NCBI GenBank assembly: GCA_937625935.1
Contig: OW569392.1
Location: forward strand, 248,001 to 312,000
Source of the DNA: Tetramitus jugosus
Lineage: Eukaryota; Protista; Heterolobosea
Length of the DNA: 64,000 nt
Direction: 5' to 3'
The notes under the pieces are model-generated. The model was not told the DNA's origin. It saw only the letters and a program-made list of their open reading frames with translations, and ran no database searches. Below are positions 32,397 to 42,446 of the stretch, piece after piece (the stretch's first letter is position 1; every line of letters begins with the position of its first letter). The translations under genes were made by a program, and so were the position numbers.

Positions 32397-32411
32397 CACA
32401 GTGGTTTTGGT
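32396..32411 (+). repeat. Right target-site duplication ACACAGTGGTTTTGGT
   Basis: Directly abuts the poly(A) tract; identical to 31068-31083. Confidence 0.92.
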
Positions 32412-32585
32412 TTTTGAGGACGGCGATGGAATGGGCGTTGTTGCGTGGTTTGGATTGTTTGTTGCCGTTTTGCAACTCTGTTGTGTCTGATGCTGTTTCA
32501 ACCTTCAAACTCCGACTTGGAACGCAAAAATAAGAACAGACAGAATTCGCCGCTTGCTTGCAAACAAAAAAACACATTAACAAGA

Positions 32586-33626
32586 ATGAGCAACAGATCC
32601 ACAAACAAGACGAGCAACAAATCGCGTCGCACAGGCAACGCCTTTACCAAAAACGCAACAGCAGCTGCACCCATAACCAACACTGATGATGATGACGATT
32701 TCGATTACCTCTCACCAAATACCAGTACAACCACTACTACTAGCAGTAGCAATAGCAAATCATCAAAAGTCACATCTACCACATCAACAGATCTATATGA
32801 AAATACTAGTACTCACAATGTAGATGACGATGCACAAACCATTAAACAAATGACTCAATTGGTGGAAACTACGGTTGAAAATCTCCGAAGCGACAAAAAA
32901 TTTTTTGAGGAAGCATTACCAAAGCTAGGCACAGACAAGGACAATCGAAAGCTCAGAACAGACATTAAGAAACATTCCTCGCAAACAACCCAATGGATCA
33001 AAAACACTCAAAGCACACTCAAACAGCTCTCTACTCCAAAAAACACTGGTTCCAAGCGACAATTTGAAAAATTGAAGAGAGAAATGGAAGAAAGCTTAAA
33101 CACTGCCCTGTCATTGCTCAAGCAAGTAGAACACAAGGAGAAACAGCATGTTCTCTCACAAAAGGATCAACTGGAACAGCTCAAGAGGGCTCAAGAGATT
33201 GAACAGGAGAATATGGAGAGCAAGAAGCAGAGAGAAGAAGAAGAGCGAATGCGACTTGTGGACTACCAGAAAAAAAAACAAGAACACATTTTTTTGGAAA
33301 ATCAAATTGCGCACAATGAAAAAATCATTGGTGAACGAGAGGATGACATTATGGAAATTGAGCAGGATATTCGTGATATTCATCAAACGTTCAAGGAGAT
33401 GAATATGATTGTGAAGCATCAACAGGTTGGATTGGACATGATTGAGGAGAATGTGGAAAGAACTGTGATTCATGTGACTGAAGGTACGAACAATCTGGAG
33501 AAGGCCAACGGCTATGACAAGAGGAGCAGAAATTTGATTTGTATCATCATGTTGATCATTTTGATTTTGGCAGTTGTTCTGGCGATTGTGTTGGTTGTCG
33601 TACTCAAATTCACTCTTCACTTTTAA
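32586..33626 (+). CDS. Endosomal/vacuolar Qa-SNARE (syntaxin-7/Pep12/Vam3-like)
   Basis: Habc region LGTDKDNRKLR; SNARE motif EREDDIMEIEQDIRDIHQTFKEMNMIVKHQQVGLDMIEENV; C-terminal TM anchor. Confidence 0.9.
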   Translation: MSNRSTNKTSNKSRRTGNAFTKNATAAAPITNTDDDDDFDYLSPNTSTTTTTSSSNSKSSKVTSTTSTDLYENTSTHNVDDDAQTIKQMTQLVETTVENLRSDKKFFEEALPKLGTDKDNRKLRTDIKKHSSQTTQWIKNTQSTLKQLSTPKNTGSKRQFEKLKREMEESLNTALSLLKQVEHKEKQHVLSQKDQLEQLKRAQEIEQENMESKKQREEEERMRLVDYQKKKQEHIFLENQIAHNEKIIGEREDDIMEIEQDIRDIHQTFKEMNMIVKHQQVGLDMIEENVERTVIHVTEGTNNLEKANGYDKRSRNLICIIMLIILILAVVLAIVLVVVLKFTLHF

Positions 33627-33800
33627 GTGGTGTGTGTTTTCATTTTTCAAGTCTTTATAAATATATTTACACATTCCCTCTGCGCAGTCTGATCACTTCA
33701 CACAGATTCATTGAGCTAAGCGTCTGTGTTCTGACATCAATCTTTGACATTTTGTCCGCTTGCGACATCTGAATTACGGTAAGCATCCGAACAACAAACA

Positions 33801-34484
33801 ATGGGTAACAAGCAAACAGAAGGAGATTTGGATCTTGAACTTGTTAGATTGTACGAAAATCAATCATTCTTCACTCAAAATGAGATTAATTTATTGTACC
33901 ATAAGTTCAGAGCACTCGCAGAGAAGGATAAGAGACATAGTCAACGGGTGTTGGATACCAATGGACTTTCATCTTCTTCGAAGGAATTGGTTGTAGAACT
34001 AAACACGATTTTAGAGCTAAAACCGATACGGAACAACCCTTTTGCTGACAAGATTGTTGAACTGTTTGCATGTAAGCACCATTTATTTTCCAGTAGTATC
34101 AAACATATTCGTAACACTTCTGATTTTATTCTCTTAGCTGAATCTGGCACTCTAGAATTCGAAGACTTCCTGGATATGTGCTCGGTCTTTGCACCAAACG
34201 CCCCAGTTCATCTCAAAATTCGTGTGGCATTCTACATATTCGACAAGGACAATGATGGAAGATTAGACAAAGACGATATTGATTATGTGATATCGAGAAT
34301 GGTTGATGATTTCATGGCCAGTGACCCATCGAACTCTCAGAGCATACAAGCAGCACGTTTAAAACTATTCGAAGAAGCGGACATTGACCACAGCGGTGAA
34401 ATTACGCTCAAAGAGTTTGAGAAGTTATGCGATCGTATGCCAGACTTTGAGACACGGTTCTCCTTTCGCATTCATAGCCTATAA
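33801..34484 (+). CDS. Myristoylated EF-hand protein (CIB/calcineurin-B-like); probable intron 34072-34137
   Basis: MGNKQT start, NNPFADKI, AFYIFDKDNDGRL, EADIDHSGEITLKEF. The 66-nt GTAAGC...CTTAG insert interrupts LFAS|ESGTLEFEDF. Confidence 0.88.
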   Translation: MGNKQTEGDLDLELVRLYENQSFFTQNEINLLYHKFRALAEKDKRHSQRVLDTNGLSSSSKELVVELNTILELKPIRNNPFADKIVELFACKHHLFSSSIKHIRNTSDFILLAESGTLEFEDFLDMCSVFAPNAPVHLKIRVAFYIFDKDNDGRLDKDDIDYVISRMVDDFMASDPSNSQSIQAARLKLFEEADIDHSGEITLKEFEKLCDRMPDFETRFSFRIHSL

Positions 34485-34638
34485 AACAATTATGATTGTT
34501 CTTTAACTGTAAACGAATGATCAACACCAATTGGATGCCACAAGGACTTGGAAGGAATTTTCTCCGATGACGACATAATTTACACCCGACATAAATTCAA
34601 AGAAGCATTTCGGGCGGTAAAATTCTGCCAACCAAACA

Positions 34639-35614
34639 ATGTCCAACAATGAACAGGAGAGTTACTTGCAGCAACCTCTGGTAGAAGACCCATCATCACC
34701 CTATAATCCATCACAAACTCCTAAAATTTATAATGCACCAACAGCAAGCTCTCGGATTTTGCAAATCGTCAAGCTTTTGGTTGTTTTGCTCTTGTTTGTT
34801 GCGTTTATTGCACTAGTGATTCTTGTTGTGACATTTGTCAGCCAAAAACAATTCATGAAGGTAAGAAGCTTTTGTGATTGCCTTTGTTGCCCTACTTTTC
34901 GCTAAACGTTTTTTCGCGCTCAAATACGATTTACAGAAAAAAGTCCGATTGAACATTCATGTTGCGCTGTCTTTAGCTTGTGCAGAGCAAGTTCTTGCGA
35001 TTAATCATAACTTGACAGTGTATGATACGCCAAATCATCAAAAGATTGAGTTCATTGACAAGTATGAACCTCATTTAACACTTTACTTGACTGATTTCCA
35101 GTACCATGAATTGGCCCATATCAAGACTCAATTAGTAGAGTTGGCTTCGCTGAATCGAACAGACGGAGGAATAGCTGACTCTTGTATGGTTCATCTCCTA
35201 CCCAATGTTACTCTCTCTGGTCAGTATATCATGTGGGAAGCAGAGATAGAATCATGCTTACAACACATGTCAGATGCAATTGTGAACAGGACGAGTCGCT
35301 ATGTTGATTCTTCAGCGAAAAGCACTATTCCAGATTGGTTAAAATCACAGCCAGAGGATGTTCGTATATTGAAGACTGAAATGATACGGAAATATGGCTC
35401 TCCAAACGTCTTTTCACAGTTTGATCCACATGTGACTGTTGGTTATAGCACGACTAAAAATCAAACCATTTTAGAAAATTTGGTCGCACAACATGTGCAA
35501 GCATACAAGCCACAGTGTAAATTTAAGGTGACAAGGCTCAAGGTTGGTTCGACTGGTCTCTATGGCACAGTACTTCAAGACGAAGATTATATTCAAATCA
35601 ATCTTAAGGGATAG
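34639..35614 (+). CDS. Type II membrane-anchored 2H phosphoesterase; exons 34639-34860 and 34937-35614
   Basis: In-frame intron 34861-34936 (GTAAGA...GCTAA...ACAG) joins a TM-anchor exon to a domain with two HxT motifs (PHLTLY, PHVTVG). Confidence 0.78.
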
Positions 35615-35826
35615 ACTATCTGTTCACCATTGAACATTTTTACTTCGTAAAGCGATTTTTGAGTTTTGTTACTCTAGTTGAAACTTATTCTTCATTTCTG
35701 TTAGAGTTTTTGAGTGGGCATCTAAACTTCGAGATCGATTGTATCTGAGAAAACATTTGTGGTATTCAAGTTTATTTTTACAATTTGGACTTCGTATGAC
35801 TTTTGAAATCATACCGTTGTTGCTAT

Positions 35827-36363
35827 TTACACAAAAAGAAGAGGCCGTCTGTAAGGATCCATCAAATCCTTCTTATCTTCAATTCTAGTCATCACTCTTT
35901 GCACCATGTCTTCTCTCTTGTTCGCTTCATTACCAGGAACAATTGCATTGACTGCTTCCCTTACTCTGCTTCTCAATTCATTGTCGTTGTCCACATCGAC
36001 ATGCTCCTTAAACATTTGACTCACAATCTTCCACACGTTTCTCTCGGTCGATAGGCTCGCGGGACTTACTGGAGAACGTTGCTGTTGAGATTTCAATCTC
36101 TCGGTTGAATTAAACACTTTCAAATGATCTGTTGTACTCATCAATATTTGCTTTTCTGTTCTGTTGTTGAACAGGGAAGCATTGGTTGACTTTGAGTTGA
36201 CTGGTGTTGGACTGATGGGAGTTTTTGGTGTGATGATATTAGCCACGGATGGTTGTGGTACGTTGACCGATGTTGCACTGTTGGCTGCAGCAGAGGCAGC
36301 AAACGAGGAATACTGCGCATGTCTAGGAGATAATTCACCCTTTGATAGTACTCTCTTCAACAT
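35827..36363 (-). CDS. Hypothetical protein, possible mitochondrial presequence
   Basis: 178-aa ORF, ATG after an A/C-rich leader, basic N-terminus MLKRVLSK. Confidence 0.65.
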   Translation of the reverse strand: MLKRVLSKGELSPRHAQYSSFAASAAANSATSVNVPQPSVANIITPKTPISPTPVNSKSTNASLFNNRTEKQILMSTTDHLKVFNSTERLKSQQQRSPVSPASLSTERNVWKIVSQMFKEHVDVDNDNELRSRVREAVNAIVPGNEANKREDMVQRVMTRIEDKKDLMDPYRRPLLFV

Positions 36364-36627
36364 TGTTGTGACTTGTTTGTTGTTTTGTTTCCAGTTTCAA
36401 AATTGTCTTGAATTTATGTGGTTGTATTGTTCGTCAAGTTCGAGAAATTTCTGTGAACAATCCATAAATGACCATTACAAGATTCAAGATCGCATAAAAT
36501 TTCCCGATTCTTCAACTTCACCGCACCAAAGGTACGATTCTTGCGGAATTGATTCTATCTTTACAACATCAAGGCGGAACATGCCCAACTACAGTGACAA
36601 CGGTTGTTCTTTTTCGTACTGTTAGGA

Positions 36628-38406
36628 TTACACCAATGAGAGATCCTTCTTGGTAGCTGTCAGAATCACACCTCTGGGTGAGATCTTTGGATGGAAGACA
36701 CGAATCAAGTCAGCCGTTTTAACACAGTCTTGGTCCCGAAGATACAGCAGTCTGTCAACCAGCACCAAAGCTTCTATGACAGGTGATAGAGCTTGCCTGA
36801 TTGCCGCAAAACATTGGACCTCCGGTAAAATGTCATCAGCGACAGGGTTCAGCGTTTTGTAGAAATCATTTAACTGCTCCATCAAAATGTCTTCACCTTG
36901 AGCAAACAACTCTTGCAAACGTTTGTCCAACCGAGTCTTGTAAGTTGGATCATGGAATGGATGAGTATCGTGTTTTGGTTGCATTTTCTTCATAGCAGCA
37001 ATGGCATACTTGCCAAAGCTAGTTGTGTGTTGAGGACGGATACAACCACTGAAATGTGACTCTGGGAACGTTGGTGCGATTTGCTTAAATAAATATAACT
37101 CTAGTGCTGCGCGATAGCTGTGCATCTTAAACATATACTTTGCAGCCTTCAAATCAGAGAACATTGGATCCGAATTGCTGGCCAAATATTTTCCTGCACT
37201 GAGTGGAAGTTTCCACTGTTGACGATTCAAAAATTGACTCATTGGATAGCCAAAATCTGGAGAGGAGTACTCATGATGGAAATAATCTGGATCTTCCGAT
37301 AATTTGTGATAGCAACAAGCAACATTTGCTAATGAAACTGCACTTGTTTTCAAAAAGAGTTTGATCATTGTTGCTGCAAGATCACCACAAGTATGTAAAC
37401 CAATCAACAAAATGCGCTCCGTTTCACTATTTAAATACGGTTTGAGCAACTCGATAAATTCATCTTGAGTAATAGTTAAATTCAAATGCGCTGTTACTGA
37501 ATGAACAGTTGCATTCTTCTTCACTGGTTGCGTCGTAGTAGAATTAGCAACTACTATAGTTTGATCATTACTACTATTTGTTTGCTTATCAATTTTGTCC
37601 AACTCTTTTTCAAGCTTATTCTTGATTTGGAGAGTTCTTCGATCACATCCACTTGTTTGAAGCTCATTTCCATCAATTGCAATCACATTCACTCGCTCCT
37701 TCTGATCAGTGACTTGATTCTCTTGGCAAAAGGCAATATACTGAGAGAGATAACCTTGCCCGGCACCCAAATCCACAACAGTTTGACAATTGGACTCATG
37801 TGCAAACTCAATAATTGCATTGCCTAACCGTTCAATCTCATGCTTCTTCTTGTCATTCATTCCAAACAGTCTCATCATCTTGATAAGCTTATTGCTCTGA
37901 CTCTCAGTAGCAATAGAAGAATCAGACACATCTTGTAACAATGGATTAAACATCTTTAGTTCCTGAGATCCTTTAATATAGTTCATGAAGGATGTTGGAC
38001 ACATTTGAGTAAAAATGGAGCTTTCCTCCATTTTACCCGATTGTAAGTCAAGCAAGAACTGGAAGAGCTGTTCCATAGAAGCAGAGTTATGGGAACCTTG
38101 CTTTGCAACTTCATGGATCTCTGCAAAGTAATTGCGCCACTCACTGTGCACACGTTTTTCCCAATGTTGATTCACCAGAAAAAGGACGACTTTGTCCTCC
38201 TGTGCAACTGTAGATTGATCCTCCCGCGGAGTAATTATTGGCGCGTTTTCTTCCTGGAGGGAAATTGTTTGGCGCTTCGAATGGTCTTCATCGAAATAAT
38301 AAAAGAAATTGAACAAGTGTTCGTACTGTTGCAAGAATTGAACAAGCGCTTCTGCATATTCTTCATATGAATTGAATTGAGGTGGCAACACACTTCCAGC
38401 CGTCAT
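36628..38406 (-). CDS. METTL25/RRNAD1-like SAM-dependent methyltransferase
   Basis: MNDKKKHEI, VVDLGAGQGYLS, IGLHTCGDL, CCYHKL, IEALVLVDRLLYL, FHPKISPR. Confidence 0.88.
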   Translation of the reverse strand: MTAGSVLPPQFNSYEEYAEALVQFLQQYEHLFNFFYYFDEDHSKRQTISLQEENAPIITPREDQSTVAQEDKVVLFLVNQHWEKRVHSEWRNYFAEIHEVAKQGSHNSASMEQLFQFLLDLQSGKMEESSIFTQMCPTSFMNYIKGSQELKMFNPLLQDVSDSSIATESQSNKLIKMMRLFGMNDKKKHEIERLGNAIIEFAHESNCQTVVDLGAGQGYLSQYIAFCQENQVTDQKERVNVIAIDGNELQTSGCDRRTLQIKNKLEKELDKIDKQTNSSNDQTIVVANSTTTQPVKKNATVHSVTAHLNLTITQDEFIELLKPYLNSETERILLIGLHTCGDLAATMIKLFLKTSAVSLANVACCYHKLSEDPDYFHHEYSSPDFGYPMSQFLNRQQWKLPLSAGKYLASNSDPMFSDLKAAKYMFKMHSYRAALELYLFKQIAPTFPESHFSGCIRPQHTTSFGKYAIAAMKKMQPKHDTHPFHDPTYKTRLDKRLQELFAQGEDILMEQLNDFYKTLNPVADDILPEVQCFAAIRQALSPVIEALVLVDRLLYLRDQDCVKTADLIRVFHPKISPRGVILTATKKDLSLV

Positions 38407-38509
38407 CTTCTTTCTTTTTGTTCTTTGATTTTTGGCGGAATGAATTTTGCCGATGAAGGAGAAATTCTAATTGTCAGTTTATTTCATACGAAGAGCCGTG
38501 TATTCCGAA

Positions 38510-39127
38510 TTAATGACCATATTGTTGATACCACTTGCCTCCTTCGAGTGTGTAATCAATGAGGAATGTCAATAGATCATCACTTGTCAGAAATGGGTCG
38601 CCCCCTTCATAATTGTCATTGGTGTTATTCCCTTGTTCAGGCAGCACGTCGTAAGAAACGTAAACTTTGCACTTTTCGTCCTTGTTGTTCCACGCAGCAT
38701 ACCAGAAACAACATCCTTGGTTTTCATTGATGAATCGTACCATGTGTGTCATATCGGGCGCGACCGAGGAGACAACGCTCTGTTTGACCAAGTGCCAATG
38801 TTGGACATGATCTGGATAGTAAACATTGGAAGATCCAGGAACACAGAAATCATTGTTTGTGGGAAAGGCGTGACAAATAGCATAACGAATATTTGTCCAA
38901 CTTGCGACAGTCTTGAGAGTTGTTGGTATATTGACACCCCACTGTTGTTCATACTGTTCCAAGGTTTGAGCTACGGCTTGGTTTATCTGTGGTGCATCTG
39001 TTGTACCAGGATACAGTAATCTCCACAGGTGATCCATGGAAATTTCTTGTGTCGTTCCATCATCATTGTGGATGGCCAGTGGTGGACCACCGATTCTGAG
39101 ATCATTAATGCATACTGGTTGGGCCAT
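38510..39127 (-). CDS. SMI1/KNR4 (SUKH)-like protein
   Basis: LEQYEQQWGVNIPTTLK, FINENQGCCFWYA...KVYV, and terminal LLTFL match the SUKH pattern. Confidence 0.6.
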   Translation of the reverse strand: MAQPVCINDLRIGGPPLAIHNDDGTTQEISMDHLWRLLYPGTTDAPQINQAVAQTLEQYEQQWGVNIPTTLKTVASWTNIRYAICHAFPTNNDFCVPGSSNVYYPDHVQHWHLVKQSVVSSVAPDMTHMVRFINENQGCCFWYAAWNNKDEKCKVYVSYDVLPEQGNNTNDNYEGGDPFLTSDDLLTFLIDYTLEGGKWYQQYGH

Positions 39128-39289
39128 TTGCTATTGTTTTGTTGGTTTCTTTCACAAAAGAATTGAGTGGGCAAGTCGAGAAAAAAGTGGATTGTCGAGT
39201 TCGGGTGTCCAACTTCCCGTCTGACTGGTAGCAAACTTACGACAGGCGGATTATTTACAATCAGACTCTTACGAATACAACGAGTTTCT

Positions 39290-40678
39290 TTATGGAAGTG
39301 CGGCATAGTAGTTCTTTCTGTGTCTCAAGAACAAAACAGAAAGAACGGCCATGAATATGGCACATACTCCAATTGTGATAGGCAATGAGATCAATAGAAC
39401 AGTGTTCTCTGATCTCTTCTTGTTCAACAAGTGTTGCGTGCAATACGATGTAAAGTCATTGCCACAACGATCACACCAAGCTTTAACGGTCAAGCTACTC
39501 TTTGAGTTCATTTGACTCTTGAATTGATTCCAGGCACAACTAGCATTTGGGCACTTTCCTCCTAATGGATAAGCCACAAAATCTGCATTGTATCCCAATC
39601 GAATCACAACTTGCACACTATACTTGTTTGTTTCAGTATCTCTGTGCAACTCAAAAATCACCTGGGAACCATAGGGTGGAACACCTTGCAACTCCTCATG
39701 AGCACCGTCAATATCCAACGTTGCAAATATCGATTCAAGAGTAGAGTCATGAGCAGACATGTGAATGTACTTTGGAGATTTTTCTTTGGCAATCAACATT
39801 TCAAAAGAATCGAGCACTCTTTGAACCAATGGACCAGCACCCAAATTCTGTTGAATTTTTCTCGTAAATTTCTGATAATTGACCAAATTACCCAATTTTT
39901 GAATCTTTGACCATGTTTCCTGATTCGTCAACTCACTTAAATTCAACAAATTGTGACTCTTTTGAACCATTAACACATCATACACCCAATAATAATCTCT
40001 AAAGTCTCCAATCTTCACACCAGTCACATTGGCCACAAGTTGCATCATGGGATCCTGTTCTTTTTGCAATTGTAAGAAATCCTTGCTCACATACAGATTA
40101 CTCAATCGATCATCAATCGTAGGACACCTCTCAAACCCTCTCAACAAAATATCTTCATGTTCAGGTATCGTATGAACAGGAACTAATGAAATATCACCAT
40201 TCAATGATGGTTGTTTGGACAAGTCATTGTTCAATCCTGTTCCATTAGGAAACAATCCTTGACTCACTGCGTTCAATGAGATGATGGTTCGATCCACCGA
40301 CGTGCTCGTAAATTTGAACTGTTCGGAATCAAATTTTGTAAATGTAATACCGGAAATTTGATTCTCCGACTCGGGCAATAAATACCGCGAACGTAAATGC
40401 TGACCCATGGTAAAGCATTGAGAAATACCGAGACCAGTGAGTTGACCCTGAGCCAAACCTAATTTGGATGTCCAATTGATTGGATCCATGGGTAACTCTA
40501 CATCTGATATTGGTGTTCGATCACAGTGTCTACTAATGATGAACACTTGTTCAATGACTGATGATGCTTGGATAGTGTGGATGAAGAGGGTAGTTAGTAG
40601 TAGTGATAGGAGAAGGATGGTGGTGGTGGTGGTGGAGGAGGTTCGTGAGTGAAGATGGTGGAGGTGAGAGGGTGTCAT
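39290..40678 (-). CDS. Lysosomal-type histidine acid phosphatase (type I membrane)
   Basis: Signal peptide; RHCDRTP, GQLTGLG, STSVDRT, SAHDST, PPYGS; TM and a YxxL tail (YYAALP). ATG at 40678. Confidence 0.9.
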   Translation of the reverse strand: MTPSHLHHLHSRTSSTTTTTILLLSLLLTTLFIHTIQASSVIEQVFIISRHCDRTPISDVELPMDPINWTSKLGLAQGQLTGLGISQCFTMGQHLRSRYLLPESENQISGITFTKFDSEQFKFTSTSVDRTIISLNAVSQGLFPNGTGLNNDLSKQPSLNGDISLVPVHTIPEHEDILLRGFERCPTIDDRLSNLYVSKDFLQLQKEQDPMMQLVANVTGVKIGDFRDYYWVYDVLMVQKSHNLLNLSELTNQETWSKIQKLGNLVNYQKFTRKIQQNLGAGPLVQRVLDSFEMLIAKEKSPKYIHMSAHDSTLESIFATLDIDGAHEELQGVPPYGSQVIFELHRDTETNKYSVQVVIRLGYNADFVAYPLGGKCPNASCAWNQFKSQMNSKSSLTVKAWCDRCGNDFTSYCTQHLLNKKRSENTVLLISLPITIGVCAIFMAVLSVLFLRHRKNYYAALP

Positions 40679-40997
40679 TTGCTTTGATGCATTCGTTTTT
40701 TTTTCTGGTGTTGCTTTTTTCTTTTTGTTGTCGCGGGGAAAAATACGTGCATCCAAGAAACGTGTTTCATTCTCGAGAGGTTGATCCCCTCGAGAGATAA
40801 ATCAACAACACCATCCTCTGAATAAAACACGAACATGTTGAGCTTTAAAAATACTTGTTGGATCTCAAGAGCCACGGAAGATTCCAACTTTGGCAAATGG
40901 TATCGACAATGATGTCTGAAGCGGAGTAATCTTGTGACTGTCAAAAGACATTTGACATCAAAATCTGAAAAAAAACTGAGCAAACGACAAGTGCGGA

Positions 40998-42362
40998 ATG
41001 ACAGAGTTTGATATCCGAAACTACCAGTTTCTATTTGATCAGGTTCTGGCTGATCCTCTGGCGAGAGGGCAACTCAAAAAGTACATGCACAAGGAGCGGA
41101 ACAGTGAACTCTTTGATTTTTTTGAGTTGTGTGAGAGTTTACAACACAAAAAGTGGCCAACAAGCATTACGATAACAGATATAAACCAAGCCAAGACATT
41201 TGTAAAGCAAATGTATGATACCTTTATTGATCCAATGAGTTTTAGGCAGATCAATGTCGGATCTGACACACTCAAACGTGTGAGAGATGCAGTTCGAATG
41301 TTTTGTGAGGAAGCGGATGAGACTACCTTCGATCTGACTGTAGTGAATCAGCAGGATTCTGAGATTTTCGATGTTGTACTTCTAATTTTCAGACCTGCCT
41401 ATCTATCTGTGATGAATAGCTTAGAGAGGGACTCATTTGTTCGATTTGTTCGCAGCCCGGAATGGAAAAAGTTTGTAAAGGCCAAGTACAGGAGATTATC
41501 TGATCTGGAGCATATAGCAGTGCACAAGACTCAATTGAAACAAATATTGGTGACCATTCAAGACGAAGAAAGAAATTATATTTCAGCTAGGGACATTGAG
41601 ATGACAAGAAATGTGATGAGAGATGGTGTAGATTCGAAATTGATTGATAGCGTTGATTACAATCTCAAATATGTTCAATCCATGTTACTATTCTCTTGTA
41701 GCTTGAAGATTAGCGATCCAGCGTTAGAGAAAAAGTGTGGGCCTCTCGTCACATACAAACGAGTGGTAACTTACAATTGTCCTGCTAGAGATGTTCTGAC
41801 CGCGCTTCAATGCGGACTCTTGTCTGACTTTGTACTAGGGGAGATCAAATTTGATGATATCGAGCTCGTTAGAGCTAACAATGATACTTTGGAGCAGAGA
41901 GACAACACAAATGATGTATCGCTGAATTCTCTAGTATTCAAATATGATCATTTAATCCCATTGGTTGCCAAGAGAAGATCCATATTTTGTTTTTCAACAG
42001 TCTATGTACCCAAAGATGACACGTACTATGTCATTATTAAGCCAGGACCTCCCAAGGAGGCTACTCCTCCAAATGTTGTTCCCATGAGATTTTACTCTAG
42101 AGATACGTTCGAAGTCATTGACAACAATAGATCTAGGCACACTTCTGTCCTGTCTCTGTCTCTAGGAGGAAAGCTCGATGGTAATGCCTTGCTAGACTAT
42201 TTAGGAAAGAAGATTCAAATTGCCACACACAGAGGAATTGTGCAGCGAACAGAGGCGGCTCTCGTGTCGTATATCGATCATATGCAACGGGCACCACTCA
42301 GAGATTCCAAAAGAGCTGTCGAGATTATGCAGATGAACAAAGATATTGGGGATTTGCTGTAG
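40998..42362 (+). CDS. RGS domain plus START-like domain protein
   Basis: RGS: FDQVLADP...YMHKERNSELFDFF...TFIDPMSFRQINV...LERDSFVRFVRSPEW. C-terminal START-like region: PLVAKRRSIF...YYVIIKP...SLGG. Confidence 0.78.
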   Translation: MTEFDIRNYQFLFDQVLADPLARGQLKKYMHKERNSELFDFFELCESLQHKKWPTSITITDINQAKTFVKQMYDTFIDPMSFRQINVGSDTLKRVRDAVRMFCEEADETTFDLTVVNQQDSEIFDVVLLIFRPAYLSVMNSLERDSFVRFVRSPEWKKFVKAKYRRLSDLEHIAVHKTQLKQILVTIQDEERNYISARDIEMTRNVMRDGVDSKLIDSVDYNLKYVQSMLLFSCSLKISDPALEKKCGPLVTYKRVVTYNCPARDVLTALQCGLLSDFVLGEIKFDDIELVRANNDTLEQRDNTNDVSLNSLVFKYDHLIPLVAKRRSIFCFSTVYVPKDDTYYVIIKPGPPKEATPPNVVPMRFYSRDTFEVIDNNRSRHTSVLSLSLGGKLDGNALLDYLGKKIQIATHRGIVQRTEAALVSYIDHMQRAPLRDSKRAVEIMQMNKDIGDLL

Positions 42363-42446
42363 TCAGGCATCAGCAACCGTAATACAGCCAATCAGAAGGA
42401 AATTGTAGGAGTGTGATGTGTGAACATGCTTTTTCATGCAATTTTA

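Noticed and set aside
42386-42396. CCAAT-box-like AGCCAATCAG
   Set aside because: It lies between convergent 3' ends, not in a promoter.
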